Origin: Squalus acanthias
Lineage: Eukaryota
NCBI GenBank assembly: GCA_030390025.1
Contig: CM059432.1
Location: 53,942,001-54,006,000, forward strand
Direction of reading: 5' to 3'
Length of the DNA stretch: 64,000 bases
This document shows, piece after piece, positions 34,396 through 47,572 of this stretch. A program made the position numbers and the translations under genes. Positions within the stretch are counted from its first letter, which is position 1. Each line of letters opens with the position of its first letter. The notes under the pieces were generated by a model. It had not been told where the DNA came from. It ran no database searches and saw nothing but the letters and a program-made list of their open reading frames with translations.

Positions 34396-37370
34396 TGGCA
34401 GGGGGTTGGGAACCTGTGCAGGGAGACAGAGGAAAGGGAAGCAAGGATAGAAACCAAAGACAGGAAGGAGAAAAGCAAACGTGGAAGGCAGAGAAATCAA
34501 GGGTGTAAATCAAACAGGGCCACAGTAAATAATAATTCTAAAAGGACTAAGAGTGTTAAAAAATCAAGCCTGAAGGCTTTGTGTCTTAATGCGAGGAGCA
34601 TTCGTAATAAGGTGGATGAATTAGCTGCGCAAATAGATGTAAACGGATATGATATAATTGGGATTATGGAGACATGGCTCCAGGATGACCAAGTCAGAAA
34701 ATTCAACATCCAGCGGTATTCAATATTCAGGAAGGACAGGAAAAAAGGAAAAGGAGGTGGGGTAGCATTGCTGGTTAAAGAGGAGATTAACACAATAGTA
34801 AGGAAGGATATTAGCTCTGATGATGTGGAATCTGTATGGGCAGAGCTGAGTAATACCAAGGGGCAGAAAACATTAGTGGGAGTTGTATACAGACCACCAA
34901 ACAGTAATGCTAAGGTTGGGGATGGCATTAAACTTGAAATTAGAGATGCATGCAATAAGGGCACAGCAGTTATCATGGGTGACTATAATCTACATATAGA
35001 TTGGGCTAACCAAATTAGTAACAATACTGTGGAGGAGGAATTCCTAGAGTGTATACGGAATGGTTTCCTGGACCAATATGTCGAGGAACCAACTAGAGAT
35101 CAGGCCATCTTAGAATGGGTATTATGCAATGAGAGAGGATTAATTAGCAATCTTGTTGTGCGAGGCCCCTTGGGGAGGAGCAATCATAAATGATAGAATT
35201 CTTCATTAAAATGGAGAGTGAAGTAGTTGACTCAGAGACATGGGTCCTGAATTTAAATAAAGGAAACTACGATGGTACGAGGCATGAGTTGGCTAGGATG
35301 GATTGGAGAACGTTACTTAAAGGGTTGATGGTGAATAGGCAATGGCAAACATTTAAAGATCGCATGGATGAACTACAGAATTTGTTCATCCTTGTTTGGC
35401 ATAAAAATAAAACAAAAAAGGTGACTCAACCATGGCTAACAAGGGAAATTAGAGATCGTATAAAATCCAAGGAGAGGACATATAATTTGGCCAGAAAAAG
35501 CAGCAAACCTGAGGATTGGGAGCAGTTTAGGATACAGCAAAGGAGGACAAAGGGATTAATTAAGAGGGGGAAAATAGATTATGAGAGTAAGCTTGCATGG
35601 AACATAAAAACTAACTGTAAAAGCTTCTATAGATATGTGAAGAGAAAAAGATTGGTGAAGTCAAGCATAGGTCCCTTGCAGTCAGAATCAGGGGAATTTA
35701 TAATGGGGAACAAAGAAATGGCAGACCAATTAAATACATACTTTGGTTCTGTCTTCACAAGGGAGGACACAAATAACCTCCCAGAGATGTCGGGGAACAT
35801 AGGGTCTAATGAGATGGAGGAATTGAATGAAATCAGTATTTGTAGGGAAATGGTGTTAGGGAAATTGACGGGATTGAAGGCCGATAAATCCCCAAGGCCT
35901 GATAATCTACATCCTCGGGTACTTAAGGAAGTGGCCCTAGAAATAATAGATGCATTGCTGGTCATCTTCCAAAATTCTATCAACTCTGGAACAGTTCCCA
36001 TGGATTAGAGGATAGCGAATGTAACCCCACTATTTAAAAAAAGGTGGTAGAGAGAAAATGGGGAATTATAGACCGGTAAGTCTGACATTGGTCGTGGGGA
36101 AAATGCTGGAGTCCATTATAAAAGAGCAGAGCACTTGGAAAACAGTGACAGGATCGGACAAAGTCAACATGGATTTACAAAAGGTAAATCATGCTTGATT
36201 AATCTACTGAAATTTTTTGAGGATGTAACTGGTAGAATAGATAAGGGAGAACCAGTGGATGTGGTGTATTTGGACTTTCAGAAGGCTTTTGATAAGGTCC
36301 CGCATAAGAGATTAGCGTGCAAAGTTAAAGCACATGGGATTGGGGGTAAGGTACTGTCTTGGATAGAGAACTGGTTGGCAGACAGGAAGGAAAGTGTTGG
36401 AATAAACGGGACTTTTTCCGAGTGACAGGCAGTGACTAGTGGGGTACTGCAGGGATCGGTGCTAGGACCCCAGCTATTCACAATATACATAAATGATCTA
36501 GACGAGGGAACTAGATGTAATATCTCCAAGTTTGAAGATGACACAAAGCTGGGTAGGTGTGTGTGCTGTGAGGAGGATGCAGAGAAACTTCAGTATGATT
36601 TGGACAGGTTGGGCGATTGGGCAGATGCATGGCAAATGCAGTATAATGTGGATAAATGCGAGGTTATCCACTTCGGTGTTAAAAACAGGAAGACAGATTA
36701 TTATCTGAACGGCAATAGATTGGGAAAAGGGGAAGTGCAACGAGACCTGGGTGTCCTTGTGCACCAGTCGCTGAAGGTAAGCATGCAGGTGCAGCAGGCG
36801 GTTAAGAAGGCAAATGGTATGTTGGCCTTCATAGTGAGAGGATTCGAGTACAGGAGCAAGGATGTCTTGCTGCAGTTGTACAGGGCCTTGGTGAGACCAC
36901 ACCTTGAGTATTGTGTGCAGTTTTGGCCACCTTATCTGAGGAAGGATGTTCTTGCCATGGAGAGAGTGCAGCGAAGATTCACCAGACTGATACCTGGGGT
37001 GGCAGGAATGATGTATGAGGAGAGATTGGGTTGATTAGGCTTATATTCGCTAGAGTTTAGAAGAATGAGAGGGGATCTCATTGAAACTTATAAAATTCTA
37101 ACAGGACTAGACAGACTAGATGCAGGAAGGATGTTCCCGATGGTGGGGGAGTCCAGAACCAGGGGTCACAGTCTAAGGATAAGGAGTAAGCCTTTTAGGA
37201 CTGAGATGAGGAGGAATTTCTTCACCCAGAGAGTGGTGAACCTGTGGAATTCTCTACCACACAAGGCAGTTGAGGCCAATTCATTAAATATATTCAAGAA
37301 GGAGTTAGATATATTTCTTAAGGCTAAAGGGATCAAGGGATATGGGGAGAAAGCAGGGACAGGATACTGA
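34396..37370 (+). pseudogene. CR1 ORF2p (AP endonuclease + RT), disrupted
   Basis: NARSIRNK, ETW, YRPP, GDYN, QGSVLGP, FEDD (from FADD); split over 5 ORFs. Confidence 0.92.
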
Positions 37371-38039
37371 ATTTGGATGATCAGCCATGATCTCATTAAA
37401 TGGCTCGAGGGGCCAAATGGCCTACTCCTGCTCCTATCTTCTATGTTTCTATGAAGGCCTTAGAGAGGATGAAGAAAAGATTGATGAGAATGATTCCAGG
37501 GATGAGGGACTTCAGTGCCGTGGATAGACTAGAGAAGCTGGGGTTGTTGTCCTTAGAGCAGAGAAGGTTGAGAAGAGATAGAGCTGTTCAAAATCATGAG
37601 GGGTCTCGACAGAGTAGATAGAGAGAAACTGTTCCCATTGGCGGAAGGGTCGAGAACCAGAGGACACAGATTTAAGGTGATTGGCAAAAAAAACAAAGGC
37701 GACATGAGGAAAAACTTTTTTACACAGCGAGTGGTTAAGATCTGGAATGCACTGCCTGAAAGAGTGGTGGAGGCAGACTCAATCGTAGCTTAGGAAAGGA
37801 AATTGGATAAGTACCTGAAGGAAAAAATTTGCAGGGCTACGGGGAAAGGGTGGGGGAGTGGGACTAGCTGAAGTGCTCTTGCAGAGAGCCGGCATGGGCT
37901 TGAAGGGCCGAATGACCTCCTTCTGTGCTCTAACCATTCTATTATTCTATGATTCTAATTACAATGTGGTAACCAAGAAAAGACATTTGGGAACAAACTG
38001 CCCAGGAATAAACCTTTTCTGTTTTTCAGACGAATCAAT

Positions 38040-39475
38040 TAGGAAATCAAAATATGATTAGGCAGAGTCAACACGGTTTTATGAAAGGGAAACTGTGTTT
38101 GACAAATCTATTAGAATTTTTTTGAGGGTGTAGCTAGCAGGGTAGATAAAATAGAATATAGCATATTTGGATTTGATAAGGTGCTACACAGGAGGTTGTT
38201 ACACAAGATTAGGGCTCATGGGATTGGGGATAATATATTAGCATGGATTGAGGATTGGTTAACGGACAGAAAAGAAAGAGTAGGAATAAATGGTAGGAAG
38301 AATGAAAAAGAAGAATATTTTTTAGAAGGTGAGAGACTGGTAAATGTGCTATTCAGAGGAATTTGAGGGTCCTTGTACAAGAATCACAGAAAGTTAACAT
38401 GCAGGTACAGCAAGCAATTAGGAAGGCCAATGGTATGTTACCTTTGTTGCAAAGGGGTTGGAGTATAAGAGTAAGGAAGTCATGCTATAATTATATAGGA
38501 CTTTGGTGAGATCACACCTGGAGTACTCTACAGTTTTTGGGAGCGAAATTCGGCTCCTTCGCGCCTGCCATTAGCACCTCCGGGGGGCGCTAATGGGGCG
38601 CAAAGTGGTTATCGCCCAGGGCAGATACGAAAAAAGCACCTCCCGCGAAATTCAGCGGGGCATTGCTGAGGCGCTACCTAATAGCACCGTGCCCCCACAG
38701 GTAGCGCCACGCCTCATGCGATGACGTCATCGCCGTGCGCGCAACCCCTTAGTGCCCCGCCACCTCCCCTTATCACCCCACGGCATAAATTCGGCTGCAC
38801 CCTGCGAGGCTGCCGTGGACGGTGTCAGCGCCAGCCTCGCGGGTCGTGAGCCAGGCTGACCTCCGCTCATGGGGCGGTAGTTAAAGGAGAGGTGCGGCCT
38901 CGACCTGCGCTGCCATTTTTTTTTGGCTGACCTCCAGGTCGGCCCTCCGTGGTGTGCCATGGCATGGTCCTGGCTGCCATCGCACAGCCCGTCAGCGTGT
39001 CTCGGCGCCGAGCTGCTGCCATGGCACCATGTCGCCCTGATGGCCTAGTTGGGGCCATCGGAGGCCCTGCAAAGTGCGCAGTGGTCCTCCCCTTTAACTG
39101 AAGGGGAAGGGCTTTGAAACGTGGCAGCAGGGTGCAGGATGTCCCGCCTCACCAGCGTTACCGCCTCGAAATGGGGTGCTACCGAATTTCGCGCCCATAG
39201 TCTCCTTACCATGGAAGGCTATACTTGCCTTAGAGGAGGCGCAATGAAGGTTCACTAGATTGATTCCTGGGATGAGAGGACTGTCCTATGAGGAGGGATT
39301 GAGTAGAATGGTCCTATATTCTCTGGAATTTAGAAGAATGAGAGTTGATCTCATTGAAATGTAGAACATTAGATGGCTTGACAGGTAGATGCTGAGAGGC
39401 TGTTTCCCCTGGAAAGAGAGTCTAGAACTTGGGGTCACAGTCTCAGAATAAGGGGTCGGCTATTTAGGACTGAGA
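38040..39475 (+). mobile_element. Degenerate, internally deleted CR1 ORF2 fragment split by a MITE
   Basis: RT and C-terminal motifs at 38040-38538, resuming at 39200. Confidence 0.75.
38539..39196. mobile_element. Harbinger-type MITE
   Basis: TIR gggagcgaaattcgg/ccgaatttcgcgccc; interior related to 1276-2030; TSD not clean. Confidence 0.8.
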
Positions 39476-39477
39476 CG

Positions 39478-39902
39478 TGGTGCTGGGCTGCGCGATGGCG
39501 GCCACGGACCACGCCAAGGGCGGAATTGGAGGTCGGCCCAAAAAATAAAATGGCGGCACGGGTTGCGGCTGCACATCCCTTTAATTAGCGCCCCGCGAGC
39601 AGAGGTCGGCCCTGCTCGCGACCCGTGAGGCTGGCGCTGACACCGCCCATGGCAGCCTCGCGGGGCACAGCCGAATTTCTGCTGTGGGGCGGTAAGGGGT
39701 CATGGTGCATGACGATGACATCATTGCTGGCGGTGCAGCTACCTGGGGCGCTACCAGCGGGGGCGCGCCACTATCGGCTAGCGCCTCAGTAGCGCCCCGC
39801 CGAATTTCTAGGGAGGCCCACCTGGGCGATAAGCCCTTTGCGCCCCTTTCTCGCCCCCCGGAGACACTAACAGCAGGCGCAAAGGAGCCGAATTTCGCGG
39901 CC
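39478..39902. mobile_element. Half MITE of the same group, inverted relative to 38539-39196
   Basis: Ends gcgcaaaggagccgaatttcgcggcc, the reverse complement of the 38539 left end. Confidence 0.75.
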
Positions 39903-40914
39903 ATTGTCTTTTCGTTAATCTCTAAATGCCATTTTCTATAATAATCTTGAAACTTGGTTAGAAAAAAGCCTCTGCAAAATAACTGGTCAATAGGACTGTA
40001 GCTTTGAAATGTCTGCATTAAACAAGTATACCATTTAAATCGGCTTTATAAAGTGAAATTGTAACAGCACGTATCCAGTTTTCATTGTAAAAGAAAGAAA
40101 GTCCTGCATTCATATAGCGCCTTTCATGATCACCGGACGTCCCAAAGCGCTTTACAGCCAATGAAGTACTTTTGAAGTGTAATCTCTGTTGTAATGTAGG
40201 AAAGTTATACAAAGATGCCAGAATGAACTGACTTTTTTCGTATTCATTCTCAGGATGTGGGTGTTGCTGGCAAGACTGGCATTTATTGCCCAACCCTAAT
40301 TGTCCTAAGATGGTGGTGATACAACTGTATGGCTTGCTCGGCCAGTTCAGAGGGCAGTTAAGGATCAAACACTGTCTGATGTCTATTATATACCCTAGAA
40401 TAATTTGCATTTGGGTGCTCAATTCTGTTTATTTTTGTAACCTAATGGTGACAACTATTGAAATTAATTATATTTGGAATTTACTATCTTACGACAGAAA
40501 TTATTGGGAAAAATACATTACCATGCAAATTATGATTCAGCTGCCTGGAGCATCATTTTCAAACTGGCCAGCTGTTTTCTCTAGAATAAATCAGTGAATC
40601 AGCACCTTATGAAGATGGAAGGGTGCAGCCTTATTTACAAATGTTGCTTCATTAATATTTGAGCACTGGAGGAGCACTGGCTGTCAGTCTTGGCATAGTA
40701 TTTATTAGCTCCAGTTTGTGAGATGACTGATTTAATTTGTCTATGTTAATTGAATTGATAAATATTAAAACATCAAAGCTCTTTGAGAAACTCTCTTGTT
40801 CATGGAGATCTTAATATTTGTACGTATGCTAAAATGATTTTTTTAAATAAATTGAAAGGTTTTATGATTTTTACTTTGAGCATAAGTGTCAGTTAGGGAT
40901 TTTTTATGAAGAAG

Positions 40915-41715
40915 TTCATAGAATCACAGAATCATAGAATGGTTACAGCACAGAAGGAGGCCATTTGGCCTTTCAAGCCTGTGCTGGCTCTCTGCAAGAG
41001 CACTTCAGCTAGTCCCACTCCCCCGCCCTTTCCCCATAGCCCTGCAATTTTTTTTCCTTCAGGTACTTATCCAACTCCATTTTGAAAGCCACGATTGAGT
41101 CTGTCTCCCCCACCCTTTCAGGCAGTGCATTCCAGATCCTAACCACTCGCTGCGTAAAAAAGTTTTTCCTGATGTCGCCTTTGGTTCTTTTGCCAATCAC
41201 CTTAAATCTATGTCCTCTGGTTCTCGACCCTTCTGCCAATGGGAACAGTTTCTCTCTATCTATTCTGTCTAGACCCCTCATGCTTGTGAACACCTCTATC
41301 AAATCTCCTCTCAACCTTCTCTGCTCTAAGGAGAACAACCCCAGCTTCTCCAGTTTACCAACATAACTGAAGTCCCTCATCCCTGGAACCATTCTTGTAA
41401 ATCTTTTATTCACCCTCTCTAAGACCTACACATCCTTACTAAAGTGTGGTGACTAGAATTGGACACAATACTCCAGTTGAGGCTGAACCAGTGTTCTTTA
41501 AAAGTTCATTATAACTTCCTTGCTTTTGTATGCCTCTATTTATGAAGCCCAGGATCCCGTATGCTTTTTTTTTACTGCTTTCTCAATCTGCCCTGCCACC
41601 TTGTATCATTTAGTTTATATTGCCTCTCCTCATTTTTCCTACCAAAATGTATCACTTCGCACTTTTCTGCGTTAAATTTCATCTGCCACGTGTCCGCCCA
41701 TTTCACCAGCTATGT
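40915..41715 (-). mobile_element. CR1 3' fragment
   Basis: ORF 41009-41413 RFTRMVPG...RVVRIWNALP; (atagaatc)n tail at 40918-40940. Confidence 0.9.
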
Positions 41716-43149
41716 TTTCTTGAAGTCTATCACTATCCTGTTATGTCACCTTACAAATTGCTGGCAAGTCTTCTGATGGAACAAAATGCAATTTGTTCTT
41801 GCAATTGGTTATGAGAGGTCATTTTTAAATATGCTTCAGTCGATTTATTATTCATTCATTTATTCACTTTCAGTTCAGTACATGCCAGAAAAGAAAAGGA
41901 AATATTGCACAGTATGAACCCAGTCATGAACTGGCACTACATTAAAGGGACACCTGAGGAAAACATTGATAAAATGGCTGCTTCGGAACACATAGAACAA
42001 TGAATACAGTAAACAGGTACTAATAAATAATTTAATTAACGAGGATATTCAAAACCTTTTAAGTCTATATGATTCAATTTCTATGATTTATGTAACTGAT
42101 TAAGAATGGGAAGAGACAGGGAGCAAAGTGGCGAGGAGAACAGATAGTGTTGCAATGTCGAAAAGTAGCAGATCTGAATCTTGAAAATGTATCTGAATCA
42201 GAAACAGCTGCATAAGAAATTCATTAGTTTTGGGGGGATTTAAGAATTAAAATGTGATTAAATTGAGTCTATGAAATGGGATAGAGAGGTCCTACTTGTA
42301 GAACTAATAGAGCAGCAATCCATTTATTAGTTTCACACCAATATCATTTTTAGAATGGTACAAGCAGGCGACACTGAGTCATAGTGACCCACTCACACTG
42401 TTCTATAATAAGGGAAAGCTCAGCTCTGTGCATGTGAACTTCATGTGCAAAAATCTGATCACTGGCCTCCAACTGCTGGTGAGCTTTCCAGTGTTAGTTT
42501 ACAGCCAGAAGGACAGATGGTTCTTTTCCACCACTAAAAGCTTAAAATGAGTCCAGCACACTGCCTGGGTTATTTTATAGTTGGTTTTGGATGGGATGCA
42601 GTTATATACAGGGACATCAGCTCAGCAGCAGCATGGCACTCAAAGTATTGGCACTGTGACTGGGTGCTCAGTCATATCATGCAGGCACTATGATAGCACA
42701 TGTTCCTTTTCTCTTTGTGTAGGACCCTCCCAATATGACGACCCTGCTACCAGACATGAGCAGGAAACTAGACCATCTCATGAGAAGATGTCATATGCCC
42801 ATGAACATGCAGGTACCAGCTCAGAAACATCAACCTTGAGGGAACCAGATAGAGAGAGTCAGGAGGGAGCACCCTAGTGAATTGCATAGCAACACAAGTG
42901 AGGAGGAGCAAGTGAAAGTAGTTGCAGAGAAGTTGAATAGAGAGTGATGCCCAGATGTATATTGGCAGCCAACTGCTCCTCAGTATGAACATTATGACTT
43001 GACTATGGCACTACACTTCTTTCTATTGGGTCATGAGATAGTTCTACAACTACTGTCAGTATTTTCTCCCCTATGTTGGCTGGCTACTCCTGTCTGTTAC
43101 CTACCACTTCTTTAGTCTTCTGAAGGGCTGACTATGTACTTGTGCTATC

Positions 43150-44430
43150 CAGAGGAGGAGGAGAATCAGCAAAAAACTCATTTAGATGCAAGAGCAGTAA
43201 GGCAGCACTAAAGGAGGAGAGCACCAACTCAGAGATACCCAGCTGAGCAGATTTGTAGATTCTCATGGACATTCCTGGACCTTAGTGAGGCTCTGGGAGG
43301 TCATCAGAGCATTATGTCACCAGCTGAGATAGAACCTGAAACCATGTCTCAAGCCTCCATCACACTGTCTGTGCCAGTAAAGATCATCACAGCATTCAAT
43401 TTCTACACCACTGGAGGGCTGTAGGGGCCACTAGGGACATTGCATGGATATGGCAATTGACAGTGCATAGATGTATCCACCAGGTTACAGATGCCTTGTA
43501 TGCTAGGACAAATCAATACATCATGCTCTCCATAGATGCCAGGGAGAAGTAAGCTTGTGCCCTTGGCTTTTACCAACTTATTGGTTTGATCAGGATACAA
43601 GATGTAATTGTTGGGACTTTTATCGGATGAGACGTTAAACCAAGGCCCAGTCTGCTCTCTCAGGTGGACGTAAAAGATCCCATGGCACTATTTCGAAAAA
43701 GAGCAGGGGAGTCCTGGCCAATATTTATCCCTCAATCAAATTCTCTAAAACAGATGATCTGGTCATTATCACATTGCTGTTTGTGGGAGCTTGCTGTGTG
43801 CAGATTGGCTGCCATGTTTCCTACATTACAACAGTGACTACACTTCAAAAACTACTTAATTAGCTGTAAAGCGCTTTGGGACGTCCGGTGGTCATGGAAG
43901 GCACTATATAAATGCAAGTATTTCTTTTTTTATATGTGGGGCCACAGAGAGGAGTGCCCCTTACATGAATTGAAAGGGATATTACTCCATTAATGTCCTA
44001 CTAGTGTGTGATCATTAGCACAATATCCATGGTCTGTTCCAACTTTCTACTTCTCCCAGCTTCTCTGCCACTTTGCTCGTTGCTTTGAGGGTTGTCAGAC
44101 CCCATGGCACAATTTATAGGGCACATGGCAGTGGCTATTATGCTCCTTGTTACCTCTTCTTGGAGACTATCCATAAAGGCTGCCACATTATTGCCAGGGG
44201 CCTGTATTGCAACAGTCTGTGTATTCATGAGGAAATACTGGTAACAAGACCTCAGCTGTGAGAGACTGCACAGCAGAAGGCCCTGGAGCTGCCACTCACT
44301 CCAACGATGCCTGCGTGCTTTCAATACTGTGCATCAACACCTCACACGTGCGTGATATGGTCTCCTGCTCCACACATATTGCCATGGTACAGAAGCTGCT
44401 AAGTGCATCACCCAATGATTCCAACAGTCT
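43150..44430 (+). pseudogene. Highly degenerate Harbinger transposase interrupted by a SINE
   Basis: LSVPVKIITAFNFYTTG (~43365-43415) and KGYYSINVLLVCDH (~43974-44015). Confidence 0.65.
43620..43930 (+). mobile_element. 5'-truncated SINE (same family as 15915-17050)
   Basis: cggatgagacgttaaacc...ctatataaatgcaag. Confidence 0.8.
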
Positions 44431-44665
44431 ATTACGCACTAGAAGCATTCTCAGGTGCAGCTGCTAGTGAAAGCTCCCTTCTTCCTTCACCTTCCCTTCC
44501 CGTTGCAGTGCTCCTACTATACCCTCTAGTTATAACCTCCTGAGTGAATGGAACTGGGCTGCAGCATGCCAAGTCTTGGAATTGTGACAGGGTTCCTGAT
44601 GAGGTGCTTCATGCAGGTTCTGAAGGGCCTGACCTCTGGTTTCTCTTCTATTCCTCTGAATCATA

Positions 44666-45498
44666 GGGGGCGATTTTGCCAGCCCTGGGGAGGCGGGTAT
44701 GGAGGCGGGACTGGCAGGAAAATGGCAGAATTTGGGGGCGGGTGCCCAACCCGCCTCCATGCCATCTTCCTAGGAGGCCGGTAGCCGTCCCGCGCCGGGT
44801 CCCGTCTCCTTGGAGGCGGGAAGGGATTAAAGCCTATTAACTGCCTGTTAACAGGTAGTTAACAGGCAGAAAATAGGATTATCCCCTTTTTGCCCTCACA
44901 AGTGCGGGCTTCCCGAAGGCTCCAAAACCCGCCAGCTCAGCGAGGCGAGTACTGGGTCTGCGGGGGTCGGGGGGTGCAAAAGTGTGGTGTGAAGGTAAGT
45001 GATGGCTGCAAGAGTGGAGAGGTGAGTATCTGAGGTAAGTGCAAAGTGTTAGTAAAAGTGTACTTACCTTTGTTTCTTCCTGCAGACTTCAGTCAGTTTG
45101 TATGCGGAGAGTCTCGGACCTCCGTGTTGCAGATGAGAGATGGCTGTTGCATTCTCAGATGCAACAACCATCTCATTTCTGTAAAAGAAAGAAGGTTGAT
45201 GAAGTCTTGAATTCAAGACCTCATCAAACTACAGAGAATGTCACTGTTTGACAGCTTCACAGAGCTGTCAAACGATGACAATTCATCTGTCAAAAATTTT
45301 TGGACAGATGAAACGTCATACGTTGACGTTCTCTGCAACCGGCTTTCCCTTAATTGGCCTGCTAAGCCCGCTGGGCGGCTTAACAAGGTCAATCAAGGTA
45401 AAATAGCATGGGTTGGCCACAAATCGATGGAGGCGGGACTAAAACCCGACAAGCAGCAGTCCCACCTCCAACACGCCCCCGTTAACAAAATCGCCCCC
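44666..45498. mobile_element. Complete Harbinger-type MITE (833 bp) with hairpin-rich core
   Basis: Perfect 13-bp TIR gggggcgattttg/caaaatcgccccc, TSD ATA. Confidence 0.93.
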
Positions 45499-45501
45499 AT
45501 A

Positions 45502-46312
45502 GAATGATACAGAAGGAAGCCATCATTCCGCTTTGGTACAGCTATCTAATTAATACTACTCGCCTTCTCTTTCCCCATTGCCCTGTAGATTTTTCCCTTC
45601 AAGTATTAACCAATTCTCTTTTGAATGTCACTATTGAATCTAATTCCACCACCCTATCAGGTAGTTCATTCCAGATCACGACAACTCGCTGTGTAATAAA
45701 ATGTTTCCTCATGTCGCCTCTGGTTCTTTTGCCAATCACCTTAAATCTGTGTCCTCTGGTTACTGACCCATCTGCCACTGGAAACAATTTCTCCTTATTT
45801 ACTCTATCAAAACCATTCATGATTTTGAACACTCTATCAAATCTCCTCTTAACCTACTCTGCTGTAAAGAGAACAACCCCAGCTTCTCCAGTCTCTCCAC
45901 ATAACTGAAGTCCCTCATCCCTGGTACCATTCTAGTAAATTTCTTCTGCACCCTCTCCAAGGCCTTGACATCCTTCCAAAAATATGGTGCCCGGAATTGA
46001 GCACACTACTCCAGCTGGGGCCCAACCACTGTTTTATAAAGGTTTAGCATAACTTCCTTGCTTTTCTGCTCTATTCGTCTATTAATAAAGCCATGAATCC
46101 CATATGCTTTTTTAACAGCCTTCTCAACTTGTTCTGCTACCTTCAAAGATTTGTGTACATACACCCCCAGGTCTCTCTGTTCCTACACCCCCTTTAAAAT
46201 TGTACCATTTAGTTTATATTGTCTCTCCTCATTCTTCCTACCAAAATGTATCACTTCACACTTCTCTGTGTTAAATTTTATCTGCCATGTGTCTGCACAT
46301 TTTACCAGTCTG
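45502..46312 (-). mobile_element. CR1 3' fragment
   Basis: ORF 45599-45832 FKIMNGFDRV...RVVVIWNELP. Confidence 0.85.
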
Positions 46313-47572
46313 AACATAATGAGGGCCATTAGGGCAAATTAATAGTTAAGTGAATGTGTACTCATGAGCATACATCATCAATGTGATCTGCACAGAAAGT
46401 TGACATTTTCAGACACACTTGACCAGGACTAAGAGGGAGAGAAGGAATTAGAACAATGAACAAGCTTTCTCAAGTTGCATTTCTGGAGCTTTATTGTCCT
46501 TTCCTCAAATGGAGTTACTTTCCTAACCATAGCCGCTCCTCCTCCTATAGCTTTGGCCTGCCTTCTCCTGCAGAGATATATCAGACTTACTGCAGCATCA
46601 TGACTCCCTCCAATATTAGCAGTGCACTTTCCCTTTGCATTCAGAAGTAGTTGCAATTATTGTGCTGCTTTACTGATCTTTCATATATTAGCTTTTTGCA
46701 GATACTTTTGTGGAGTGAGTGTGACTTGTGACTAGCGAGTCAATCCTTATTGTTCACGAGACTGGACCATCCTTGCATGTTCTTAATTTAACCAGCTTAT
46801 TATATTGAGTGGTAGGAAACACTAGGTAGTTGCCACAAGGCTCACAAACATTTTTTAAGGCTGTATATAAGTTCCCATTTAGTTTCTCCCTCCTGCTGCG
46901 TATCCCTTCTGCATTGCTCCCATCTTCTTGCCATGATTCTGTTGACATGCACCGTGTGCCATGACTTTCCTTCTATGGTGGGGAAATATGGCATCCCTCG
47001 TCTGCTCTACTTCCTACATTAGCCATTCAATGACCTTGTCATCAAAAAAGGTGCCCTTATATGACCACCCCTCTAGCATATTAATGGATGCAATTTTTTT
47101 TTAACTACCACCATGAAATCTTGCTGATTTTTACAAACTTTAATAATTATCTCCAGGCAAAAATCACTTCTCAGAAGCACTCCAGGATATTTGTCTGCAA
47201 GTTATAGGGGTTTTCACAATGCTCTACCAGGCATAGGATTCCCTGTTCTCTCCACAGGCTCTCCCAAGGCCCCAAGGTGCCCCAGCCTTTTTAAGCAGCC
47301 ACAGGCTATAATGGCCCAGAAATTTGACTCGGAGGCTTGCCGCGGGGGTAAGGATCGCGCGCGATATCACACTCCGCGCCGGCCGTTGTGTTTTGGGCCC
47401 ACAGGAACTTCGGGTCCTGGGCCTCTCCCTAGTGCCGGCGCGCAGTGTGTGCGTGTCCCAGGGGCGCAGTTAGTGCGATGCGACCTCTGGGATCACGTGG
47501 GCCATGGAGAGCCAATGGCAGCAAACTATCTTTCATTCATAGATTTGACAGGAGACATGTCAAATCTGTGAA

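Larger units (their letters stand above)
33092..37453 (+). mobile_element. Full-length CR1 LINE nested in an older CR1
   Basis: 5' UTR, ORF1, ORF2, 3' UTR with (atgtttct) tail; host CR1 continues across it with a tgaa overlap at both ends. Confidence 0.92.
26135..37960 (+). mobile_element. Older CR1 LINE ORF2 + 3' UTR in three pieces (26135-27742, 32212-33091, 37451-37960)
   Basis: EN (AITETWL) and tether to DWSIANVTP; resumes KDKPSNYRPVSLTS, GVPQGSVLGP, FADD, to RKDVK; resumes KALERM...RVVKIWNALP; tail (attctatg)n. Confidence 0.88.

Noticed and set aside
45238..45507. Peptide MSLFDSFTELSNDDNSSVKNF shared by two loci
   Set aside because: Identity reflects two copies of one MITE; frames diverge outside the shared palindromes.
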